DNA of 60,349 nucleotides, the filler included. It is 5 parts of 5 records of this genome, joined end to end, with 100 filler letters (N's around TTAATTAATTAA, not from the genome) between each part and the next. Parts side by side here need not be neighbours in the genome. Positions count along the whole stretch, not along the records: positions 44,765 to 54,174 come from SRR2962707_3508; positions 54,275 to 60,349 come from SRR2962707_3512; 3 more parts are not named here. One strand, written 5' to 3'. Below, piece by piece: positions 48,688 to 60,024 of the stretch. Each line of letters begins with the position of its first letter. Position 1 is the stretch's first letter. The notes beneath the pieces were generated by a model. It had not been told where the DNA came from and did no database searches. It saw nothing but the letters and a program-made list of their open reading frames with translations. The translations under genes were made by a program, and so were the position numbers.

Positions 48688-50211
48688 TCAAGAGTGAGCC
48701 TTAAAGCTAAGCAATTCATCAAGATATTCACGGGAATTGGACAGTCTGGGTACTTTGTGTTGTCCACCCAATTTGCCTCTCGATTTCATCCAATGATAGA
48801 ATGTTTTTTCAGGAACGACATGCACGATAGGTTCCTGGAGCGCAATATCCCGATAGCGTTTTGCATCGTAATCGGAATTGACCTCACGTAATTTTTCATC
48901 CAGCAGCTTAGCGAAACGATCCATGTCATTCGGAAGCCTTGAAAACTCAACGATCCATTCATGGCCGCCTTTGTTGCCGTCACCCAGGTATTTAGGGCCG
49001 GCAGTGAAATTGTCAATAATCGCTTCTGTCTTTTTGCAAGCCTCCGCAATGGCTACCTCTGCATTCTCTATGATCAATTCTTCACCAAAGGCATTAATAT
49101 AATGCTTGGTTCTACCGGAGATTTTAATTCTGAAAGGCTCCTTACTTGTAAAGGTGATGGTGTCGCCAATCATGTATCGCCATAAACCGGCATTGGTTGT
49201 GATAACTACTGCATAATTTTTTCCTACCTCCACTTCATCCAGGGATAGGGTATTTGGATGATCATTGTCTATTTCATCAAATGGGATGAATTCATAGAAA
49301 ATCCCATAATCCAGCATCAGCAACATTTCATTGCTGTTTGTCTGATCCTGAATCCCGAAGAATCCTTCTGAGGCATTGTAGGTCTCCATGTAGCGCATCT
49401 TGGACGATGGGATCAATTTTTTGAATAGCTCTCTGTAGGGTGTGAATGAAACCGCCCCATGGAAAAACACCTCCAGGTTTGGCCATATCTCAAGAATGCT
49501 TTTGGCATTCTTTCGCTCTAGGATTTTTTCCAGTAATACGATCATCCACGTAGGCACGCCGGATATATTGGTCACATTTTCCTCGGAGGTCACATCTACC
49601 ATCCGATCAATTTTTTGTTCCCACTCGTCCATTAAAGCAATATCCAGGCTAGGGGTTCGCACCATCTGCGCCCACCAGGGCATGTTTTTTAATAGTACAG
49701 CAGAAACATCACCATAGAAGGACTTGGCGTTTTCATCAAATTGATTGATTTGATGACTACCACCAATGAGAAGGCCCTTTCCTGAGAAAATCTTGGCCTC
49801 CGGATAATTGTTGAGGTAAATGGAGAGGAGGTCCTTCCCTCCCTTATAGTGACAATCCTCAAGAGCTTCGGTGGAAACAGGAATGAATTTGCTCCTAGCG
49901 TTCGTAGTTCCGGATGACTTTGCGAACCACCGTATCTCTGATGACCATAGAAGGTTCTGCTCGCCTTTCATCAATCGCTCGATGTAAGGGTAGATGTCCT
50001 CATAAGAGACAATGGGGACTTTTGCTTTGAAATGCTCGTGGTTTTCTATCGATTCAAACCCGTATTTCTTACCATACTCTGTTTTACTTGATCGCTTTAC
50101 AAGCCCTTCCAATAGCTCATTTTGCACTTCATGAGGATACTTCATGAAGAGCTCGATCTGATGAATTCGCTTCTTCATCACCCAGGATAGTATGGAACTG
50201 AAGATTTCCAT
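48688..50211 (-). CDS. GH3 auxin-responsive family adenylating enzyme
   Basis: AKSSGTT, KFIPV, ETYNASEG, YEFIP, GLWRY.IGD and GGQHKVPRL. Confidence 0.9.
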   Translation of the reverse strand: MEIFSSILSWVMKKRIHQIELFMKYPHEVQNELLEGLVKRSSKTEYGKKYGFESIENHEHFKAKVPIVSYEDIYPYIERLMKGEQNLLWSSEIRWFAKSSGTTNARSKFIPVSTEALEDCHYKGGKDLLSIYLNNYPEAKIFSGKGLLIGGSHQINQFDENAKSFYGDVSAVLLKNMPWWAQMVRTPSLDIALMDEWEQKIDRMVDVTSEENVTNISGVPTWMIVLLEKILERKNAKSILEIWPNLEVFFHGAVSFTPYRELFKKLIPSSKMRYMETYNASEGFFGIQDQTNSNEMLLMLDYGIFYEFIPFDEIDNDHPNTLSLDEVEVGKNYAVVITTNAGLWRYMIGDTITFTSKEPFRIKISGRTKHYINAFGEELIIENAEVAIAEACKKTEAIIDNFTAGPKYLGDGNKGGHEWIVEFSRLPNDMDRFAKLLDEKLREVNSDYDAKRYRDIALQEPIVHVVPEKTFYHWMKSRGKLGGQHKVPRLSNSREYLDELLSFKAHS

Positions 50212-50217
50212 GGAAGA

Positions 50218-50949
50218 TTAAATCTTACGTTTTAGCTCAAAGTGTTTACCCAAATATACCTTTCTTACTAATTCGTCTGCAGCTAATTCTTCCGCTGATC
50301 CTGCTTTTAGCAATTGACCGGCTGACATGATATAAGCCCGGTCGGTGATTGAAAGGGTCTCATTCACATTATGATCCGTGATGAGAATGCCAATATTCTT
50401 GTTTTTGAGTTGTGCTACGATGGTTTGGATTTCCTCCACGGCAATAGGATCTACTCCAGCGAAAGGTTCATCGAGTAGAACAAATTTGGGATCCATAGCC
50501 AGCACTCTTGCGATTTCAGTTCTTCGGCGCTCCCCCCCAGACAGTACCTGGCCCATGTTTTTGCGAACGTGAGTTAGACTGAATTCTTCAAGCAGACTTT
50601 CGGCTTTTTCTTTTTGCTCTTGTTTAGGCAGGTCAGTCATTTCCAGCACAGCTAACACATTGTCTTCTACACTCAGTTTTCTGAATACGGAAGCTTCTTG
50701 TGCCAGATATCCCACTCCTTTCTGCGCCCTTTTGTACATCGGTAAGTCGGTGATATTTTCTTCATCAAGGAAAATGTTACCCTCATTTGGTTTGATGAGG
50801 CCAACCATCATATAAAATGAGGTTGTTTTACCGGCACCATTGGGACCCAGCAGTCCCACAATTTCACCCTGGTTTACCTTCACAGAAATGTCATTAACAA
50901 CTTTTCTGCTTTTGTACTTTTTGACAAGATGTTCTGCGCGTAGTTCCAT
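50218..50949 (-). CDS. lptB: LPS export ABC transporter ATP-binding protein
   Basis: [35 protein letters not shown] and ITDHNV. Confidence 0.96.
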   Translation of the reverse strand: MELRAEHLVKKYKSRKVVNDISVKVNQGEIVGLLGPNGAGKTTSFYMMVGLIKPNEGNIFLDEENITDLPMYKRAQKGVGYLAQEASVFRKLSVEDNVLAVLEMTDLPKQEQKEKAESLLEEFSLTHVRKNMGQVLSGGERRRTEIARVLAMDPKFVLLDEPFAGVDPIAVEEIQTIVAQLKNKNIGILITDHNVNETLSITDRAYIMSAGQLLKAGSAEELAADELVRKVYLGKHFELKRKI

Positions 50950-50963
50950 AAAGAATTTGCAAG

Positions 50964-52661
50964 TTATGCATCAAAACTTATATCCCTAAGATTTAATATA
51001 AGTGTCCGATTGCCGAGGTAATTATTTTCTTCCAGGTGATAAGCAATATGAAACGGCTTTCCAGGCTCAATGTCCTGCAGCTTATCCGCCATTCCAAAAC
51101 CAATAAACTCAAAAAGTTTGTTGCTGTTAGAAGCATGTAGAAATCCTTTTATGTGTTTGTCTTTGATCACCTTGGGTATGGTGTCCACTATCACATTTTT
51201 TGTGCCAAAAACGGGGGCCATGTTTTGTGGTCCGAATGGGGCCATTTGGTTCATGACATTGAATGTTTTGAAGGTAATTTCCGTAAGTGGGATATCCGTA
51301 TCCATGTCAATTTTTGGAATCAACTGCTCAGGTAGAATGGATTCACGCACAACCTCTTCGAACCGATCGGTAAACAAGGGGACATTTTCCACCGGAAGTG
51401 TAAGCCCTGCGGCATGGGTATGCCCACCAAATTGATCCAACAGGTCAGCACATTTGGTAATGGCCTCATGCACATCAAACCCTTCCACTGAGCGAGCTGA
51501 ACCGGTTGCTTTACCTCCGGACTCAGTCAAAATGATGGTTGGACGGTGATAGTGCTCGATGCACCTGGAAGCGACAATACCAATCACGCCCTTATGCCAG
51601 GAATCTTTAAACAACACTGTCGACATCCGATCTTCTTCAAACTCGGCAATCATTTCAAGGGCTTCCGCAGTGATGGATTGGTCAAACTCTCGGCGCTCCA
51701 GGTTGCGGGTATTCAGCTGATCTGCAAAACCGCTGGTTTCCTCTTTATCACCAATCAGGAGCTTCACGGATTCATTGGCATGGGCCAACCTACCTGCCGC
51801 ATTGATACGTGGGCCAAGTGAGAAGACCACATCTGAGATATTAAAAGCGGCTTTTTTTCCACTGACCTCAATCAATGATTTCAATCCTGCGGATGGATCC
51901 TGGTTGAGTTTTTTTAGTCCATAGTATGCGAGAATTCTGTTTTCGCCTACCATGGGTACAATATCACTCGCGATACTCACCATTAGTAAGTCGAGGAATT
52001 GGAAGATTTTCTCCTTGTCAATGGTGTTTTGCTGACAGAAACCTTCCAGCAGTTTGAAGCCGACCCCACAACCTGACAGCTCCTTGAAGGGATATTTACA
52101 GTCCTTTTGTTTGGGATCAAGGATGGCTAATGCATCCGGCAAGTCCTCTCCAGGTAGGTGATGGTCACAGATGATCAGGTCAATTCCTGATTCTTTTGCC
52201 TGTTTGGCCCGATCCACTGCACGAATGCCACAATCCAGTGCAATGATCAGATTGAATTTGTGCTCGGCAGCATATGAAATTCCCTTCTCCGATATGCCGT
52301 ATCCTTCACCATAGCGATCTGGAATATAGTATTCCAAATTCTCAGAAAATTCCTTAAGAAACAGATATACCAGGCTGACGGAAGTCGTTCCATCCACGTC
52401 ATAATCACCATAAATCAGGATTTTCTCATGGTTAAAGATGGCATCTGTTAGCCGATTGACAGCCTTATCCATGTTCAACATCAAAAAAGGATCATGGAGT
52501 CGATTTAGGGAAGGTCTGAAAAAGTCTTTGGCCTGATCAAAGGTTTCTATGCCCCGCTGGATCAGGATCTTGGAAAGGTATGGATTGATGTTGATGGACT
52601 TGCTAAGTGCTTCCACTTTATCCATGTCCGGCTCATCCTTATATACCCATCTTTTTTCCAT
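50964..52661 (-). CDS. recJ: Single-stranded-DNA-specific exonuclease RecJ
   Basis: [24 protein letters not shown] and GGH. Confidence 0.96.
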   Translation of the reverse strand: MEKRWVYKDEPDMDKVEALSKSININPYLSKILIQRGIETFDQAKDFFRPSLNRLHDPFLMLNMDKAVNRLTDAIFNHEKILIYGDYDVDGTTSVSLVYLFLKEFSENLEYYIPDRYGEGYGISEKGISYAAEHKFNLIIALDCGIRAVDRAKQAKESGIDLIICDHHLPGEDLPDALAILDPKQKDCKYPFKELSGCGVGFKLLEGFCQQNTIDKEKIFQFLDLLMVSIASDIVPMVGENRILAYYGLKKLNQDPSAGLKSLIEVSGKKAAFNISDVVFSLGPRINAAGRLAHANESVKLLIGDKEETSGFADQLNTRNLERREFDQSITAEALEMIAEFEEDRMSTVLFKDSWHKGVIGIVASRCIEHYHRPTIILTESGGKATGSARSVEGFDVHEAITKCADLLDQFGGHTHAAGLTLPVENVPLFTDRFEEVVRESILPEQLIPKIDMDTDIPLTEITFKTFNVMNQMAPFGPQNMAPVFGTKNVIVDTIPKVIKDKHIKGFLHASNSNKLFEFIGFGMADKLQDIEPGKPFHIAYHLEENNYLGNRTLILNLRDISFDA

Positions 52662-52692
52662 ACTTTAGAAGCAGTGCAAATATTAAACATCT

Positions 52693-53478
52693 ATGTTAAA
52701 GAAATTTTTAATTGGTTTAGCAATCGTGTTACTAATTGTAGTCGGAGTATTTGTGATTTCTTTCTATCAATTTCGGAAGATGGAGGCGGAGGTGCTTAAA
52801 ATTGAACCAGGGGTAGAGGACCGAATTGTATTCTTTGAAATTGGAGATGGAGATAGGGAATTCCTTGCTGCTTTGATGGATTCAATTGGAAAGTGTAAAC
52901 CCAAGGTTTTAGCTGCAGATATCTTTTTTAGCTCGCTTAAAAATCATGTAAGTGATAGCATTCTATCTCATTCAATTGAATCAAACAATGTGATTCTTGC
53001 AACTAGACATGATGGGTACATAACAACAGAAATTGATCCCTTCTTTTCATCAGTTGCCTTTGATATAGGATATGCTCAATCAATTGTCAATAAGTCTAAT
53101 AAATCTGTAGAATTTAAACCCTTCACCCGATACGGTTTTGAGGAGGCGCAGCATTTTGCATATGCAATAGCTAAGGAATATTCCCCGAAGCAAGCACTAG
53201 CATTCAAAAAAATCAATCAAGACAAAACGCTCAAAATTGAATTTCGAAGGCTAGATCATCAATTCATAACATATCAATACGGGGATTTCAATTTTGATTG
53301 TGAATTGATTGAGGGGACCATCGCGATTTTGGCGACTAGAGGAATAACTAATGAAGATTGGCACAAGACAATGGCATCTCATTTAAACGAAAAAAGTGAA
53401 AAAGGAGATTCGGATATGCTGGGTTCTACTTTGGTTGCAAATCAAATATTGATGATTCTTGAAGGAGAATACGAATAG
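52693..53478 (+). CDS. Stand-alone CHASE2-domain-like membrane-anchored protein
   Basis: N-terminal TM; RIVFFEIG..DR..LA, PKVLAADIFF, D..L...I, D.H.T and GSTLVANQI. Confidence 0.65.
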   Translation: MLKKFLIGLAIVLLIVVGVFVISFYQFRKMEAEVLKIEPGVEDRIVFFEIGDGDREFLAALMDSIGKCKPKVLAADIFFSSLKNHVSDSILSHSIESNNVILATRHDGYITTEIDPFFSSVAFDIGYAQSIVNKSNKSVEFKPFTRYGFEEAQHFAYAIAKEYSPKQALAFKKINQDKTLKIEFRRLDHQFITYQYGDFNFDCELIEGTIAILATRGITNEDWHKTMASHLNEKSEKGDSDMLGSTLVANQILMILEGEYE

Positions 53479-53511
53479 CTATTGTTATTTTGGGACACAC
53501 AAAGAAGCCTG

Positions 53512-54156
53512 ATGAAAATAGCGCTGAATGAAATATGGAATTTTTTGGAGTTGCTGGATAGCGATGAAAAGGGGTGGAATTACTCACTTTCTGCTGGTCA
53601 GATAGAGGTTGACGGCATTTCCACCAACACCATGCAGGCGCTGAAAGAAGATCAAAATTACGATACGGAATTACTCCCCTCGATTTTTACCTTCAGAGAG
53701 ATTCTCTGGCAGCCGGATGTATTCACGGAAGCATCCATGAGTGTGCCTTCATTGAGAATCCTGAAAGCATTTTGTGACGAGGCAGCAGCAGAACTGGAAG
53801 AACAGAACGGGGATACAAATCGAGTGTATTCAAGCCTGATCAAAGGCGTTGGTAACTGCTCAGGCAGAGCTATCGAGGCATTGGAGAAAGAGCGTGCAGA
53901 TGTGAAGAAGATCCTTGGGGATTTCAGAACCTGTGCTTTTCCAATCGTTAAGTTTTTCATTTATCATCCTATGAATCGGCAGGATTACTTCATGGATGCC
54001 GTTAACCGTCTCAACTACGCGGTAAAGATCATGCTGACTCAATTTTACGGCAGATACACCGAGTTAGAGGATCCTTATTGGGTGGTTTCGTTCAGAAAAG
54101 CTGCTCCCAAACAAGCTCCTAAAGAAAAATTAGAAAACAAGGCTGAGGAACAATAA
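53512..54156 (+). CDS. Hypothetical soluble protein
   Basis: 214-aa ORF with normal coding-like composition; no motif recognised. Confidence 0.65.
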   Translation: MKIALNEIWNFLELLDSDEKGWNYSLSAGQIEVDGISTNTMQALKEDQNYDTELLPSIFTFREILWQPDVFTEASMSVPSLRILKAFCDEAAAELEEQNGDTNRVYSSLIKGVGNCSGRAIEALEKERADVKKILGDFRTCAFPIVKFFIYHPMNRQDYFMDAVNRLNYAVKIMLTQFYGRYTELEDPYWVVSFRKAAPKQAPKEKLENKAEEQ

Positions 54157-54174
54157 TTTCGCATTTCCAGTTTA

Positions 54175-54274
54175 NNNNNNNNNNNNNNNNNNNNNNNNNN
54201 NNNNNNNNNNNNNNNNNNTTAATTAATTAANNNNNNNNNNNNNNNNNNNNNNNNNNNNNNNNNNNNNNNNNNNN
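54175..54274. other. Artificial contig spacer
   Basis: N44-TTAATTAATTAA-N44. Confidence 0.98.
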
Positions 54275-57041
54275 TGTTGTAAACAACATTAGGATCGTTT
54301 TCTAAAGGAACATACAGCAATTGGCGAGAACCATTAGAGTTGTAATCACCAAATCCAGTTTCAAGGCCAGTTACTTTATCTGTAATTTGATCGCTTCCGT
54401 TAAATGTGTAGCTATACGGTAAACCTTTGTAAGCTTCACCGAATAAGTTAAAGCGCGTGCTGTAACCATCGAAGAACTCATTAGTGTAACCAAGCGTTAA
54501 AGTAAAACGGTGTGGAATCTCATAATCGGAACTTGCTACACCTGGATTACCAGGGTTAGAAGTCGCTAAGTTACCATAGTTAGAACTAGCTACTGAACTA
54601 GTCATTGGATTAACATCATCAGAATCAGTGTATGCATAGGCAAATTGCACGCTAATACCATTATCGTATGCTTTGCTGATTGCGGCAGAAATAACAGATG
54701 CATCGCCGCTGTTACCATTTACGTTAGTTAACAATAGCTCGCCACTGCGACCTTCTTTAGATTCATAGAAAGGACGACCATCAAAGCTTATTTCGCCAGA
54801 CTCTTGAAGTGCAAGGTCGATTAATGTCGCTGCATCACGCTTTTTAGTATAAAGGTAATCAAGAGCAATCACATATTCATCTTCAGTTGTGTAAGTTGCA
54901 CCCACTGAGTATTTCCACTCAGATGGAATTTCGAAGTTAGGATCTACGGCATTTACGATACCATCACCAGATCCAATTGGAGTATTAGCAACTTTGTCAT
55001 ATTGTGATTGCGGCACTTCAAAACCTGGTTTGCCATCATTCACATTAGGTGTATTAAATAAGTCAATAGCACCGAACTGGTTTGCACTGATGTTAGTGAT
55101 ACCGTCATTTGAGTATGAGTTAGATAACCAAACATTCGGATTACCGCCTGAGAATAAGCCGACACCAGCGCGTACTTCTAGCGCATCAGTTGCATACCAC
55201 TCAAAGCCAACGCGAGGTTGAATTAGATCGATACCATCAAATGTAGATTGGTTGCTAAAACCATAGCGGTTAGTAAAGTTTTCATTCAGCGTTGGTTTAT
55301 CATCACTTGAGTAAGAATCATAACGAAGACCAAATGTTAAAGATGCATCTAAATCAGAGAAGCTGTATTCATCTTGAACATAAAATGTATTTTGTGAATA
55401 TGAAAAGCTTGCAGCGGCATCAGTTGGATCGTTTGTACCAGCAGCATTATTATAGAATATTGCACTAGCAATACCTGCTTCATAATCATCAATTGAGTCA
55501 AAGTTCCACTCACCTTGAGTATGTTGCACGAATTGGTTAAATACATCTAACTTTTCATATTCATAACCCGCAGTAATCGTATGTTGGTCAAAATAGTAAG
55601 TACCGGCAATTTTAGCTGTTGTTGTGTCGTAGTCTAAATCATTTGATTGACGTGAATCATCTGGACCAATGTAAACAGTACCACCGTCAGTAGTGTCTAT
55701 TTGGAATTCACCAAAGCTGCTAGCAGCATCAAGTGAAACAACACGCGCATCTAGCTCTGATTTACCTAAGCGAATTTCAGTAGAGAAATTATCACTCCAG
55801 TCTGAGTAAAGTGAACCTACAACAGATGTAAACTCAGCACCTTGCTCAAAGAAGTGGCTATCAAGAGAAAGACGAGTGCTGCCTGTATCTGATTGCGATA
55901 ACGTATTACCGTCATTATAATTATAAATAATGTTCGCACGGTGTGAATCGTTGATGTTCCAATCAAGTTTTACTAAGATTTTTTCATCTTCAACAGGAGA
56001 ACTAGAAGGCATGCCACCAGCGTTATAACCGTACACATCTTGTGTGATTTGTTGGATACGAGCAAGATCAGCATCTGATACACTTGAACCTAATGGATCA
56101 TAGTTAAATTGTTGAACACCTTCTAACTTTTCATATGAAGTATATAGGAATAGCTTGTCTTCAATTAGTGGTAAGCCAACGTTGAAGCCATAACGCTTTT
56201 CAGTGTAGTTACCATTATCAACATCTTCACCTTCGATTTTGTCACCTTTCATTGAGTCATTAGTGTAATCGAAGAACATGCCACCGTGGATTTCATTACC
56301 ACCTGATTTAGTTACTGCATTGATGTTACATGATGTAAAACCACCGTATTGCACATCAAATGGTGCAAGCTCTACAGCAACTTGTTCGATTGCATCGAAA
56401 GAGAAAGGAGCACGCACAGTTGGGTAACCATTAGAGCTTAAACCAAAGTTATCGTTCATACGAACGCCATCTAAGGTTAAGCTGTTAAAGCGTGGATTAC
56501 CACCACCGCAGTTAATAGAACCTCGGCTGTCATCAATCGTTACACGTGGGTCAATACGGATAATGTCACGTAAATCACGGTTGATTGCTGGGGTATTTTC
56601 TAAATCTTCTAAAGTAAATGTTGCAGCAGGACCTGTACCACCAGACATCGTACTAATTGCACGACCTGTTACTACGATTTGTTCGATATTAGATTGTGGT
56701 TCAAGCGTTACGTTTACTGGGTAATCAGCACCTACTTGCAAGTTGATGTTATTAAATGATTGGTCAGCAAATACATCTGAATCAACAACAACACTGTAAG
56801 GGCCGCCAACACGAAGGCCTTTTGCAGTAAAGTAACCAGCATCATTAGTTTCAGTTTCTTTAGTTGAACCTGATGGAATGTGAACAATAGTAATTTTTGT
56901 GCCTGCAGCAGGGTTACCGTTAGGCCCTTTGATCTGACCTTTAATTGCAGAGGTCGTCTCATTTGCAAGCGCTGCGCCACTTACGCCAACACAAGCTGCG
57001 ATAGCGAGTGAAAGTGCTGTTTTGCGTAGTTGAATTTTCAT
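54275..57041 (-). CDS. Oar-like TonB-dependent receptor with N-terminal carboxypeptidase-regulatory-like domain (3' truncated)
   Basis: Signal peptide, GLRVGGPY, EQIVVTG, NDNFGL, APFDVQYGGF, INAVTKSG and beta-barrel strands. Confidence 0.9.
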
Positions 57042-57084
57042 TATGTTGTTTTCCCGTGTTAAGGTTATGTTTAGTTTAATGATT

Positions 57085-57939
57085 TTAATTTATGTTAGCG
57101 GGCATCTTCAGTGCCTTTACTAACGGTTGTGCTGAACTGTCAAAAATTAAGTTTAACAATCCGGCAAGTCTTATTCCGCTTTGCTGTAAGCGGGTTTTTA
57201 TAATTGGCATATTCTTATAAATATATTGATAACTGATTTTTGTTTCATGCTGATCATAAATAGAGTTTGCTATGTTATGTGATTCTTGTAGCCACTGAAC
57301 TGGTGTACTTTGTAAGTACTCGGCAATCAACTGTTTATTATCTGTGTCTATAAAACCAGCAAATTCAGTGTAGGATAAATTTTCGTTTTCGATAAGTTTT
57401 GAATCCCACAAACTATGCAGATTGGTATCCTGCCCGAAGAATGTGACAGAAATATTATTGCCACCACGATCATCTTTTCTTCCAGCATGAAATGGTTGAT
57501 GGCTGTCGCCGACTAAGTGTACAACAAAACGTAAACTGAATCTTTTTGCGTCTATTGAGCTGTTTGTATCTTTGAGAACGTCAATATTAAAAAGTAAGGC
57601 ATCAAGGATATTAGAGACGGACTCTTTTGAAGAGTGATGAGAAGAAGGGTTATTTAAAGTGGCAGCATCAGCGTTGATATAGTGCCAGCGAGATGATTTT
57701 TTTTGCCAAAATTCACCGGGTGCAGAGCGCATTTCGTCAGCCCATGTCGCTATTTGCGGTAAGCTTTCGCCTTCAAGTAGCGGTTCTAATGCTTTAACTG
57801 TGGCTGGAGTTAAATGGGAATTGGCTACTTGCGCAACAATTCTGTGTCCATTTTGGCCCCACGCAAAAACACTATTACTGGTGAATAACAAAATCAAGCT
57901 ACCCGCACTGATCAATAAGTTACCTATTTTTTGTAACAT
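57085..57939 (-). CDS. Secreted S1/P1 nuclease
   Basis: Signal peptide then WGQNGH, WADE, WHY, HLVGDSHQPFH, DRGGN and NLHSLWD zinc-site motifs. Confidence 0.94.
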   Translation of the reverse strand: MLQKIGNLLISAGSLILLFTSNSVFAWGQNGHRIVAQVANSHLTPATVKALEPLLEGESLPQIATWADEMRSAPGEFWQKKSSRWHYINADAATLNNPSSHHSSKESVSNILDALLFNIDVLKDTNSSIDAKRFSLRFVVHLVGDSHQPFHAGRKDDRGGNNISVTFFGQDTNLHSLWDSKLIENENLSYTEFAGFIDTDNKQLIAEYLQSTPVQWLQESHNIANSIYDQHETKISYQYIYKNMPIIKTRLQQSGIRLAGLLNLIFDSSAQPLVKALKMPANIN

Positions 57940-58158
57940 TTGTCATTTTCCAAACTGTAGTTCATAACTGAATCAATATTTCTAAAACCAATTGTCCTGA
58001 TTTTCTAGCAAGATAGAAAGGACTCAATAAAATTCATAATTTCTTATTCTAATTATTATAAAAACAATCGCTTAACTTTATTAGGTAAAATTACTTGTTG
58101 TAATAAGTAATTTAAATTGGTCAAATAGAAGGGAGCTAAATAACACTGGCAGTAAACT

Positions 58159-59049
58159 TTGAATCGAGTACGACTAATTTCTTTAAAAACTATAATTGTT
58201 ACAGTTTTGTTTCTGTTTGCCAGTTTGTTTTGGTGGGCAGGAAGTATCAGCGTCCCTAGTGGTAATGAGCCAATTCCAACATTTATAGATACATCAGTGC
58301 GTTGCCAAACAACGTCAGCTGCAAATCAAAATGTGTTAATTGTTTATGTGCCTATTAAATCAATGGCGACTGATGTCACAAATGTTTTGTGTGATGATGC
58401 TGTGGTGGCAAAACAATATGGTGAAGTTACTACTTACTGGGGAAATAAGTCATCGGATACCATAGACTTTTTAGGTAAAGGTATTGCTGATCTGATCCTT
58501 GCGAAAGAAAATTTAATGGATGCGTTTATGGCGCAAACCACCTACAGCTATAAAGCAGTGGTTGGCTTTCCTAGTTACACCGCGTTTATTATTTCGAGTA
58601 AAGAAAAACCAAAAATAGAAAAACAGTACTTTTTAGATAAACGCATTGGCTTACTCGATTATCCCACCAGTCGCTCTGGGCATATACTACCAAAACAGAT
58701 GTTTAAACAGTTAGATATTAATATTGATAACTTAAACATTACTTATGCCAGTTCCCATCAAGAGCTAAGGGAGTTATTAGCAGCAGGGAGTGTTGATTTG
58801 ATTTCCTCTTATTGGCAAGAAAGCGATCAAGTACTGTTTTCAAAAAACTACATTACACCTATCAGCGATAATATCAGTGGTAGTCGCTGGTTTTTAAAAA
58901 TGCAGTCGGAAAATACCGATTTATTGTGCGCTGTACAAGATCGATTAATGTCATTGTCGAAAGAACAAAATTCAAAGTACTTCAATCATGTTGAATCCTA
59001 TTGGCAATGCAATGGCCAATCAGCACTGTTTGTTGGTAATCAAAAATGA
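58159..59049 (+). CDS. PhnD/phosphonate-binding-like periplasmic binding protein
   Basis: N-terminal anchor; IGLLDYPTSRSGHILP, SHQELRELLAAGSVD resemble PhnD-family S.SG..P and H...V..G..D motifs. Confidence 0.6.
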   Translation: MNRVRLISLKTIIVTVLFLFASLFWWAGSISVPSGNEPIPTFIDTSVRCQTTSAANQNVLIVYVPIKSMATDVTNVLCDDAVVAKQYGEVTTYWGNKSSDTIDFLGKGIADLILAKENLMDAFMAQTTYSYKAVVGFPSYTAFIISSKEKPKIEKQYFLDKRIGLLDYPTSRSGHILPKQMFKQLDINIDNLNITYASSHQELRELLAAGSVDLISSYWQESDQVLFSKNYITPISDNISGSRWFLKMQSENTDLLCAVQDRLMSLSKEQNSKYFNHVESYWQCNGQSALFVGNQK

Positions 59050-59981
59050 AAAAATATATTAGCTTATTTTGTAGTGTATTTAGCTTGCTGTTAGCCGTCT
59101 TTTTTGTTGCAAACACAGTGCAAACGCAGCAGCAGGAGAAGCTCGCTCAATTACAGATTTTAAATCGCATTGCCTTAGATTTACCACACATCAACTTGGC
59201 AAATGCATTTTTGAGTCACTCTGGTAGTGAAGATGATATTAAACAATACATATCGCAACTTAACCAGCAATTAAAAGTTAGCAACTTAGTTGCAGTGATC
59301 GCAATCGACGGTATTTCAATAAAAGCGATTGATGAGAGTATGGTTACAAATCAGCTGGTCACGCCAAGTAGAGATATTACGGTGGTGTTTTCACAAACAC
59401 ATCACTATACCGCAGCTTTTTTTATGCTAGTGATATTGATGGGGGCACTGGGATCTGCATTTATTGTCTGTTTAATTAGAATGCGCGACATAAAAATAAA
59501 TTCATTGTCAGCGCTTATTAAAGGTAACCAAGAGCAAGTAGAGAATATTGTTTCAATTGTCAAAATTGATCTCAATAATAAAACGCTAGGCTTAAATACT
59601 AACCAAGAATTAGCGATTGCGCTTGCTAACAAGCCACTGTGTTTTTATTTAGCTTTAATCGAGTTTTGTGTTGAGCATCCTGCTGTAACACTCAATCAAA
59701 ACAAAGATGTACCGGATGAGTTAATTGAATTGGCAAACAAGTATTTTTACCGTCTAACTCAGCTTGGTCACACCATTCGTAAGCGTCCTAACTTTACCAA
59801 TAGTTTGGAAAAGACCTTAAGTGAAATTAGAGCCGCATTGGATGAGCTACTGATTGAACACCCTGAGCTGAAAGAGATCTATTATCCGCCTAAGGCACAT
59901 GGGGAAGGATCTCGCTCGCGGTTACACAGCTATGGCTTATCGAATATTAAAGTATCTGATATTGAAGTAATTGGTAAGTAA
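59046..59981 (+). CDS. Two-TM membrane protein with putative C-terminal winged-helix domain
   Basis: TM near residues 5-24 and 120-143; cytoplasmic IDLNNKTL..LANKPLCFYLAL..LEKTLSEIRAAL..HSYGL; ATGA-coupled to the upstream gene. Confidence 0.6.
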   Translation: MKKYISLFCSVFSLLLAVFFVANTVQTQQQEKLAQLQILNRIALDLPHINLANAFLSHSGSEDDIKQYISQLNQQLKVSNLVAVIAIDGISIKAIDESMVTNQLVTPSRDITVVFSQTHHYTAAFFMLVILMGALGSAFIVCLIRMRDIKINSLSALIKGNQEQVENIVSIVKIDLNNKTLGLNTNQELAIALANKPLCFYLALIEFCVEHPAVTLNQNKDVPDELIELANKYFYRLTQLGHTIRKRPNFTNSLEKTLSEIRAALDELLIEHPELKEIYYPPKAHGEGSRSRLHSYGLSNIKVSDIEVIGK

Positions 59982-59986
59982 TAGTG

Positions 59987-60022
59987 AGCTGATCTCACTC
60001 AATATAAGTGAGATCAGCTTTT
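59987..60022. terminator. Terminator between convergent genes
   Basis: AGCTGATCTCACT-CAATATA-AGTGAGATCAGCT, a 13-bp stem followed by TTT. Confidence 0.85.
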
Positions 60023-60024
60023 AA

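Noticed and set aside
57931-57946. Pho box near the S1/P1 nuclease start
   Set aside because: The TTGTAAC/TTGTCAT half-sites are 9 nt apart rather than 11 and overlap the start codon
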